From: Balamuthia mandrillaris
Lineage: Eukaryota
Length of the DNA stretch: 45,830 nt
NCBI GenBank assembly: GCA_031835245.2
Contig: JAVKOQ020000106.1
Span: forward strand, 124,001-169,830
Reading direction: 5' to 3'
Part shown: positions 36,880-45,830 of the stretch, in pieces
How positions within the stretch are numbered: position 1 is the first letter of the stretch
Layout: every line of letters begins with the position of its first letter
The notes under the pieces: model-generated
Told to the model about the DNA's origin: nothing
The model's input: only the letters and a program-made list of their open reading frames with translations
The model's database searches: none
Position numbers and translations under genes: made by a program

Positions 36880-38040
36880 CTAACAAGATATAATCATAAT
36901 ATCATCATCATCATCATCTTCATCATCATTCTCCTCTGTCTCTTCCTCTTCATCCAAGATGGATATAACTGTAGTGGTAGTAAAAGTAGGAGATGATGAT
37001 GGGGAGGAAGTGTTGTCATTATCATCATCATCATCCGATTTGTCAAAGTCCTCATCGTGGGCCACCAAGTATTTGGCCTTCAAAGCGTCCAGATTGTTGG
37101 AGAATTCTGTGAGGAGATTGCGCCATTTATCATAGCAATCATTGTTGGTTCGACGTTGGGTAGGCAAGTGTTTGGCAATCTCCAACCAAGACCATCCATC
37201 ACGCAAGCGCCAAGTGACAAGTCTACGGATTTCTGGTGCCTGCCAAGCGATCCGTTGCCGATGGCCATTCTTCCGATATTTGAGTCGATTGGATAACAAT
37301 TGTTGTCGCTGAAGCGCTCTGCGAAGTCGTTGTCGTCGTGGTGTTTGTTTTTTTGAGTCAGGACTCTTGTCATCATCATCAGCATCAAGAGAAGCAAGGG
37401 AGGAGGATGATTGCTCTTGACGAGGGGTGAGGAATGCTTTGTGAATGGGTGATCCGTTGACCAACTTGGGAAGTACAGGAGCTACAAACTCATCCACCAG
37501 CTCATTCAAGCCACTGAAAAAGCTTTGCAGAATGCCAGAGATGTGTTGACGGCACAGCTGGCGATGAATATTGGGCCAACGAAGAGGAGATTTTTTTTTG
37601 GCCTCATAGGTGGCTGCAGCTTCAGCTAGCACATCCTTGTCAAACTCATCTGGATGATTTTCTACCCAAGCGGTACAACATTCAAGCCACAAGGAGCGAT
37701 AAAATCGTATTTGTTGATCTTTGGTTGGCAAATCTGTTCGTTTCATGAACCACCTAAAGAAGCAGTGTAAAAGAAGAAGAAGAGAGAAAGAGAAAGTGAG
37801 AGAAAGAAAGAGGAAAAGAAAGAAAAAGGGAAAAGAGACAAAAAACAAAGTGTGAGTGAATGTTAAAAGAAGAACAAATGAACTAAGACCAATTATAACA
37901 ATTATTGTTTAGACTATGAATGTTGCTGCTGTCACAATAAACCTGTGCGTTCTAGCTGAGCGCTAGGTCTAAGGGTGCATTTTTGAATGCAAGCAAGCAA
38001 ACAAACAAGCTAAAAACTGACTGGATAGATAAATAGATAA

Positions 38041-38104
<64 letters not shown>

Positions 38105-39248
38105 TGGTGATGGTGGTGGATACTATGCAAACAAAACAAACAAACAAACACAAACAAACAAACCGTTGGCGAACAGCATGAATAAAACTCTGATAGTTGG
38201 TATCTGCAGACCAGTTGGATTGTTGCAAAGCATCTGAGGATAGATTGTGAAATGCTTCTTTGGTAACTAGCTCTGGAGCAATAACTGTATGTATGCAAGG
38301 GAGTGAGAATGAAAAGAACCAAAAAGAGAGCAAGTCAGTCCATCAAGTGATAGTGGTGGTGGTGGTGGTGATGGTGGTGGTGGTGGTGGTTTATTGACGC
38401 TGGTCAGGCAGCCAGCCCAGCCAAAGAAAAAACAAAAGAAAAAACAAAACTCAGACGAGCAGTAACGAACCACAATGTCGAGGAGGATGATAATCAGCAG
38501 TGGTAGTTGCAACAGAGGATGAAGATGATGATGAAGAAAAAGAAGAAGAAGAATGAGGATGAGTGGTGGTAACATTGCTGACCAAGCGATTGGCCACAAT
38601 AGCACGTTTTAATGTATCCTTGACGTAGACTTGCTGGGATCTACCACGAGGTACCCAACCTGCGATAAGGGCAGTAGTATCCAGTACATTGTTCTGACTG
38701 TGACCTTCCTGCAGTCCCTCCAAAATCAAGGCAGTGCAAAGGAAGCCAGCACGCAAGGAGTGAAAGGAAAACAATCCTTCAGGATAACCAGCCCGAACAG
38801 CCCGATCTTGCAACTTGGCATTTAAAGTATCGCGTAACCATCCCCATAATGATGTTTGTTTTTGTTTGTCTGTCAAGCGCCAGTTGTGAAACTCGCGCAA
38901 ATCCAAACCATGCTTGCATAACAGATGCTTGTTTAACCAGTAAATAAAATCTCCAAGACAAATGCTTGGTGTTGATGTTGTTGATGTGGTGGCAGCAGGG
39001 GTGGTGACAGCAGCAGAGGTCGTAGCAGCAGCGGTCCTAAGTGGTGATGATGGTGATGGTGAAGAAGATGATCCTCGCGATGATGATGATGATGGTAGTG
39101 GTAGTGGTGGTGTTAAATAACCTTCAAATGTAACGACATGATTCCAATGATTTGGTATTCCTTTGGTGACTTGTTGGCGCAACGAAAGGAAATAAAGAGG
39201 AGGAGCAGAAAATGCATCCTCTTGGTGATGGCAGCTGATGTTGTCATT

Positions 39249-39281
<33 letters not shown>

Positions 39282-40680
39282 AAAAGAGGAGGATGAAAGT
39301 TTAGGTCGAAATGCCACAATATCACCCAAACGAATGTTTGCAGCTGTAATAGCTCTGGCACCAGTACAAACACTGTGTAACCAACAACTGGCTTCAGCAG
39401 CTTTGCTCACCAGTCCATCTGGAGTGGATGCGATAATATGTAAGACATCATCTAACAAACATGCGTCTTTGCACAATTGTTTGCTAGAACAGGAGGGTTT
39501 GGCTCTTTTGCAATGTCGAATGGCCTGTTTGACTTGATCTTTGATGGCATCCATTTGGTTTTTTAGCAACAACAAGTAAGCATGGTCTGAGGTTGTTGTC
39601 AATGCTGTAGTGCTTCCTGTCGCTCCTGTTGTTGCTGCTCGAGTGACACCATCACCAAGAAGGGTTCTGGATAAAGGAGAAGGTGGAAGAGAAGTGGTAC
39701 ATGATGATGATGCTGAAGTTGAAGAGATTATGGAGGAAACAGAGGAGGAGGAGGAGGAGGAGGAGGAAGAAGAAGAGGAGAAGGAGGAGGATGCAGAAAG
39801 GGAGTCAAGCTGTTGTTGGATACTTTCATCATGCAAACGATAAAGACTGGCAATCATGACATCGCGCACAGAGCTCAAGGCATAACCCACATCCAAAATC
39901 AACCATTGAACAAAGGCTCCTACGTTATGACATTGGAGATTCAAAGGAAGAGCTGGCAAACATTTATGATGCGCACAATGTGCTTCCCAGATGGCCAAAG
40001 TCCAGGCATGTTTACGTTGGGTAGAAGGGCTCCATCGACTCGTCACTGCCGTCAACTCTGTCCACCGCTCTTCTGTCAAACGGTTCATCAATGTGATAGC
40101 ACGAGAAAGACGTCTTCCTCCACCATCACCACCACCACCATTACTACTACTGCTGCCATGTGTAGTATCGTCGTCATCATTATCATCATTTGTTCTAGCT
40201 CTATTTTGTTGTTTCTCTATTTTTCTCTTTTTTCCTTGTTTTTCTTCTTTGTGTTCTTCTTCATCTTCTTTTTCGTCTTCAGTCAACAACAACAAATCAA
40301 TCAATGTTGATGGGGTTGTTGTTTTGCTTCTTGCATCTTCCTCTGTTTCTACTTCTCCTCTTCTTCCTCTTAATGAAGATGATGATGATACTGATAAATT
40401 ACTATCACCGTTGCTATCCATAACATCACCATCATTGTTCTCAAAGACAAAGGACTCTGAATTTGAAGAAGAAGAAGAAAAAGAAGAAGAAGAAGAAGAA
40501 GAAGAAGAAGGAGGAGGAGAAAAAGGGAGAGAAGAAAAAGAAGAAGGAGGAGGAGGAGAAGAAGGGGAACAAGCAGAAGAAGAAGAAGAAGAACAAGCAG
40601 AAGAAGAAGAAGAAGAAAAAGAAGAAGAAGAACAAGAAGAAGAAGAGGTCATCCTTTCTAAAGATTGTTGTTGTTGTTGC

Positions 40681-40725
<45 letters not shown>

Positions 40726-41070
40726 CGTTGTTGTTGTGGTTGTGATTGAGTAAATGATGAAGTGGCGGTGATGGTAGTGGTAGTGGATGAAAAGGGTGAT
40801 GCAGAAAACGGAGGAGGTGAAAAAAGCTCTGCAGGATTATCAACAACAATAACAGGAGCAGAAGCAACAACAGTTGCTGGTGGTGGTGTTTTTAACAAAT
40901 AATGATCCAAAAACTGCTTGCGAACGAATGACTGAGTGTTGAGAGCCTGATAGGGAGCAAAGTGATGATTGAAAGATGTTGTTGATGAGGATGAGGATGA
41001 TGATATTGAGACAATCGTTACTTCATCATCCTCTTCTATTGCTGCTACTGTTGTTGCTGTTGCTGCCTCT

Positions 41071-41101
<31 letters not shown>

Positions 41102-41146
41102 GTAGTGGTGGTTTGTCAAAGACAGCAGGAATAGATATATTATCTT
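36880..41146 (-). CDS. Tyrosine recombinase fused to a C-terminal Myb/SANT (telobox-like) domain; 5' exon(s) unresolved
   Basis: SAM-like core-binding region WSPSTQRKHAWTLAIWEAHC...VGAFVQWL..GYALSSVRDVMIASLYRLH. Catalytic R (TGAR, 39354-39356), K (TKG, 39162-39164), HSLR (38751-38762), W (IAGW, 38655-38657) and Y (QVYVK, 38625-38627). Exons 41146-38471, 38284-38164 and 37753-36880 join in frame through GT-AG introns. Myb region ~37111-37257. Confidence 0.85.
38024..38104 (+). repeat. (GATA)n tetranucleotide microsatellite in a YR-Myb intron
   Basis: Direct reading. Confidence 0.9.
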
Positions 41147-41735
41147 CTGTTTGTTATTGTTGTTGTTGTTGTTGTTGTTGTTGTTAAACAAGTAAATTGT
41201 AGACACAAACACAAACACAAACGACAAATGTTGGAAACAAAAGAAACACGAAGTTAGTAAGTCTAGTCTGATGGATGAATGAAGATATAGATAATAATAA
41301 AGAATGAGAACTATTTGGAGACTTGTTTTTGTTTTTCCTTTCCTTTCCTTTCTTGATTGTTTCTTGTCGTTTCTTTCTTTCTTTCTTTCTCCCTTTTTAC
41401 ATCTAGCAGTAGTAGGAGATTCATTTTTATAATTGCCTTTTCATTCTTTGTTTGTTTACATTTCTTGTTGTCTGTCTATTAGTATTATTATTTGCAACAA
41501 TACTACTGTTTTTGCTTGTTTGTCATGTCACTCACTCCCTTACTCACCATGCTATGCTTAACAACTCTTACCATCATCATCACCACCACCACCATCACTA
41601 CTCTACCATCCATCCATCCATCCATCCATTGTTTAACCGGTATTATTACCACCAACCAACCAACCAATCAACCAACTAACTCAAGCTTTCTCTCAAACAA
41701 CCAAACTAATATAACTAACTAAAAAGAGAAAGAGA

Positions 41736-42022
41736 TCACCTGCCTGAGTTACGGCGTTGTGAACGAGTTGTGGCTCCTTTTCTGCTGCTGCTGCTGCTAC
41801 TGCTAGATGAGGCAGCCACGGCAGCAGCAGCTCTTTGCAAAGATGATTTGGCAGCAGCAGTAGCAATAGCCTTTTGAGCAGCAGCTGCAGCCTTGCGCGT
41901 AGATTTGCTGCTAGGGCTCTTGGTAGCACTTGTCTTTTCCTCTTCTTTCTGTTTTTCTGCTTTTTTTTCGCCAGCTTCTGCTTCTGCTGCTTTTGGCTTC
42001 TTTTTCTTTTTCTTTTTCTTTT

Positions 42023-42054
<32 letters not shown>

Positions 42055-42126
42055 CTCATCTTCATTTTGTGCTGCTGCTGCTGCTACTTGTTTTGCTGGG
42101 TCATTAGCAGGTTTTTTTGATACTAG

Positions 42127-42158
<32 letters not shown>

Positions 42159-43842
42159 AAATCAGTAAGGCTTGAATGAGAAATCACAAAGGCATAACAG
42201 TGTAAACAAACACCAAAAAGATAGCGCTCCGCTGGAGCGCTAAACAATTAACACCAAAAAGGCAACCAACAAAAAAACAAATAATAATAAGAACAAAACT
42301 GGAGCTAAAAAGCTGCCGCTCCGACGGAGCGCCACTGCATAAGCATAGAATTGCAACTGAAAAGCCCAAAAACAAAAAAAAAAACACCACGAGGAAGAGA
42401 ACAACCAAACAAACAAACAAACAAACAAATAAACATCAAACAAACAAACAGAAAACCAGTAAACCAACAAAACAAAGACAAAACACAAAGCTAGTAGAAA
42501 AACTGACGGACGAATGGACAGACAGACGGACAGATAGAGAACCAAACTCGAATAGACACATAAAATAAAAATACATACATTCTAACACGTCTATCAGTAT
42601 GGAATCATCAATCTCTTTATCCACCATTGCACCTGTTGAAGGAGCTGTCTTGTTGGGGATATCTGACTTTGTTTTGCTATCTCCAGCACCATCACGTGTA
42701 TCTGCATGCATGCATGCATGCATGCAAGTGTGGTTAGTGCATATGTGAGTTGTTGTAAGTAACACCAAACGTGAGCGCCTCTTACCTGCTACATTAGTGA
42801 TATCAAGGCTCATGAGACTGGCCATCTCATCATCATCATCATCATCTGAGGAGCTGCTGCTGCTGCTGATGCTAGGAGCAGTAGACTTGGTGGAAGTTGC
42901 AGGCTTCTCTGTCCTCTTGGGTTCTTCCTCTTCCTCTTCCTCCTCTTCCTCTGACTTGCCTGACTCTACTGACTTATCTGATGCCTCTGACTCAGATGAG
43001 GTCTCTAACTCCTCCGACTTATCTGATGCCTCTGATGCGGATGAGGCCTCGGACTCCTCTGACTCGGTGGCCATAGTCTTCTTTTGTTTCTTTTTCTGCT
43101 GTTGTTTCTGCTTCTCCTTCTCTTGTTCCTTTTCCTTCTCTTTCTTTTTCTGCTGCTGTTGCTTCTGCTTTTGCTTCTCCTTTTCCTTCTCCTTCTTCTT
43201 TTTCTGCTGCTGTTGCTTTTGCTTCTGCTTCTCCTTGTCCTTCTGTGTCTGCTTCTGCTGCTGCTTTTTTTTCTTTTTTTTCAACAACTGTTGATCATCA
43301 TCTGCCTTCCGTGGCTTCTTGCTTGTCACAGGAGAGGAAGAGGCAGCAGAGGAAGACATAGCTCTTGGGCGCTTTGTTGAGCTTGGTTTTTGCTGCGCTG
43401 TTTCTGCTGTTGCTGCTAGGTCCATTGTGTCTGCGAACACACCAGCTGAGGTAGCATTTCCACTATCATCACCGCACCACCACCACCACCACCACCACCA
43501 CCTCCACCCAGGATACTGCCATCATCGAGACTAAACTCCGCATCATCCAAACTACTCTGGTCTACAGCAGCAAAAGAGCGAAGGTCAGGCCCAAAAAACT
43601 CTGTCAAGTCAATACAGGGGCTGGCATCAACAGAGATATCTTGCTGCAGCTCACTGCTCTTCTGAGCCAGCTTGTCCATGGCTTTTTGGTGCCTAACAGA
43701 ATGGCGTTTGGCACGATGCTTTTCCCTCTTCATTTCTGTATTGCCGACTTGGGTAGAGGTGGTATGGATAGGCTGCCATGTTTTGTTATCCAATTGATCC
43801 ACATATTGTAAATCCCTGGAGAATGACAGAGAGAGAAAGAGA

Positions 43843-43886
<44 letters not shown>

Positions 43887-45830
43887 AAGAGAGAAAGAAA
43901 GAGAAACAAAGAAAAAGAAAAAGAGAGAGAAAGAAAGAGAAAATGTTAAAAGGAAAGTAAGTGGGAGGAGGTTGGTAGTGAGTGGTGAGTTGTTCCTTTC
44001 CTATGAAACAAACAAACAAACAAACAAACAAACAAATAAACAAACAACTTACCAATCAGCCGCGAGTGGTGATATAGCATCCAGCTCAGGCAAGTCCTTT
44101 ACATGCACAATAGCAGCTGCATTGTATAACGGGTCTGCTGGCATGTTTGCGGTAGCAGAGCTGCTGCTAGCTTTACTCTTGTTCTTGCTTTTGCTGCTGC
44201 TGCTGCTGCTGCTGCTGCTTTTGCTTTTGCTTTTGCTTTGCCGTCGCTCAGGTTTCCTGGATTTTTCCAGTGTGATGTGCGGCCACACTCGCTCCAGTTG
44301 AGAACGAACCGGATGACGAATGCGTGTCTTCCAGAGCTTTCTATCCAAAGGATCCAACTCCAGCGGAGTATTATGTTGTTGCGCTTCCTTCACCAAGCAG
44401 CGACGAACAGCAAGCATCAACCGCTTGACATCCTCCAAAGGTCCAGAAAGGTTGATGCTGGTAGAAATGCGCATGCCTTTCAAGGATTTCAGACTGGCAA
44501 AGTTCAACGCGTTCTCTGCCAAGGCTTCTTGCACCGTAAAGGGAGGACAATAATGGGTTAGCTTCATACGGTATTGGAACAACTTTTCCTTGGCAGAATA
44601 CTGCTTCTCTACCATTGCTTCCATTCGGGCTGCCTGCTCTAATTGCTGGCGGTCCAATGGGGGATGTAAGAAGGCTTCTGGATCTTCCTCCATCACTACT
44701 GCTTCTTGTTGTTGTTGTTGTTGTTGTTGTTGTTGCTCTTCACCTTCTTCCTCTTCTTCTTCCTCCTCCTCTTCTCCTCCTTCTGATATCATCTCTTGTT
44801 GCACTTTGGTTCGATGGCTGCTGGTTGTTGGCTTTGAGGGGATAGATGACATTAGGGCATCTGCCAAAGATGACTCGTTCAACCATTCTTGGCGCAGCGG
44901 TGGCAAACGGGTATTCTCCTCGTGTGTTGCGCTATCACTATGAGCAAGCACGCAAGGGGGCGAGTGAGTGAGTAAACAAGCAAAGGGAATATAGAGAGGC
45001 GGCAAGGATAACATGTCTTGCATTGCATGCAAGCAAGCAACCAAGCAAAAGAGAAGCAACATACTGGATAGTTTTGGCCCGTAATAACATAAAAAGTTTC
45101 TGCAGGCCAAGAGGGAGTTGTCTATATACTAACAACAGTTCTTCCCGGGTGAAGGAACCCTGAAAAACGCGTCCTTTGCGGTTGCGCCGTTCATCCGAGG
45201 AGGGCACCTCCTTCAGAATGCTATACACTGCAGCGTTAATGAGGTTACGGATCCAACTTCCAGTTGGTGTCTCATAAAACCTGCTGCTGCTGCTGCTGCT
45301 ACTGCTAGATTGGGAGGAAGTAGCATCCAACGGTTGTTGTTGTTGTGATGAATCCATCGGCGGCAAGACTTCTTTGCCACGATCAAGACCAAGAGCGGCT
45401 TGATGCAACACATCCCAATGACCTTTGCGAATGGATTGCGCCAGCCACTTCCACCGTGGATTTTCCAGACCGTTGACGATCCAAGGTCCTTCAACGATGC
45501 TGCCATGGCAGCGTAAGCCATTGGCCACGATATCACCCAATTCCTGGATGATTCCCTCGTTCTGGGCCTGCAGCCATCCAAAGTGAGCAAGAGAGAGTTA
45601 GTACTTTCCTTCCAACCACTAATTGAACAACCAAGCAACCAACCCAAACAAACAAACAAACAAACAAACAAACAAACAAACAAACAAACAAACAAACAAA
45701 CAAACAAACAAACAAACAAACAAACAAACAAATAGATAATGATAAACGGACGGACCTTTTGTCTACAAAACCTTAGAAAGGTTTTGCTTTGCTCTGTATT
45801 TACTTCAGACGGAGGGCTGACCACCATGGG
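41736..45830 (-). CDS. Large multi-exon hypothetical protein with a K/E/S-rich C-terminus and two apparent frameshifts; 5' end beyond the window
   Basis: Exons link through GT-AG introns (...FCRQK / AQNEGIIQELGDIVANG...AKTIQ / DSATHEEN...PLAAD / WDLQYVDQ... / DTRDGAG...DVLE / LSKKPANDP...). Frame breaks at ~43474 (GGT run) and ~42000-42025 (GAAAAA run). No recognised domain. Confidence 0.55.
45645..45732 (+). repeat. (CAAA)n tetranucleotide microsatellite in an intron
   Basis: Direct reading. Similar tracts at ~38130-38160, ~42405-42450 and ~44005-44047. Confidence 0.9.

Larger units (their letters stand above)
36735..45830 (-). mobile_element. Putative tyrosine-recombinase (Crypton-like) DNA element with a TTAGGG-bearing end; far end not in the window
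   Basis: Terminus G(TTAGGG)2 at 36735-36747, a spliced YR-Myb gene, a tandemly repeated terminus, a shift in microsatellite types, and no RT/RNase H visible. Inclusion of 41736-45830 is inference. Confidence 0.65.

Noticed and set aside
36169..37083. CRISPR-like array or LTRs
   Set aside because: The units are long, nested-length copies of a gene 3' end with no unique spacers, no cas genes and no TG..CA LTR structure.
37943..37968. Possible mini-exon inside the second YR-Myb intron
   Set aside because: It is 26 nt and would break the frame; direct splicing from 38164 to 37753 is already in frame.
39991..40870. Poly-C/V/K/F/L ORFs on alternative frames (also 25802-26851 and 42797-43380)
   Set aside because: Shadow translations of trinucleotide microsatellites within real genes.
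36735..45830. DIRS/Ngaro retrotransposon
   Set aside because: No RT or RNase H motifs are visible and the YR gene has spliceosomal introns. An RT beyond the window cannot be excluded.
1..45830. tRNA or rRNA genes
   Set aside because: No cloverleaf or rRNA-like conserved segment noticed by eye; tRNAscan-SE and Infernal were not run.

Overview
Gene-dense, intron-rich eukaryotic DNA with many microsatellites and GT-AG introns. The CLU-domain gene, low-complexity tracts and (GA)n-filled introns suggest an amoebozoan (Balamuthia-like); this assignment is inference only. Bases 1 to ~35000 hold host genes: RPB3, an EF-hand LPCAT, an ERGIC/Erv41-46 family gene, a stand-alone C-terminal CAP, glycine cleavage H protein, WS/DGAT, COMMD9, MMS19, a ~12 kb RanBP2-ZnF/CLU/TPR/LRR/ARM gene and several orphans. 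From ~36169 to the window end the character changes and looks like a mobile element. A spliced minus-strand gene encodes a tyrosine recombinase with a full R-K-H-R-W-Y set, fused through two in-frame GT-AG introns to a C-terminal telobox-like Myb domain (RTNNDCYDKWRNL). About 140 bp past its stop codon the element ends in (TTAGGG)2. That end occurs three times in tandem as non-identical, differently truncated copies, each joined to the previous one by TTAGGG repeats. Best candidate novel system: a telomere-repeat-targeted, Crypton-like tyrosine-recombinase DNA element carrying its own telomere-type DNA-binding domain, plus a large unknown upstream gene. All exon structures and domain calls were made by eye, without database searches.
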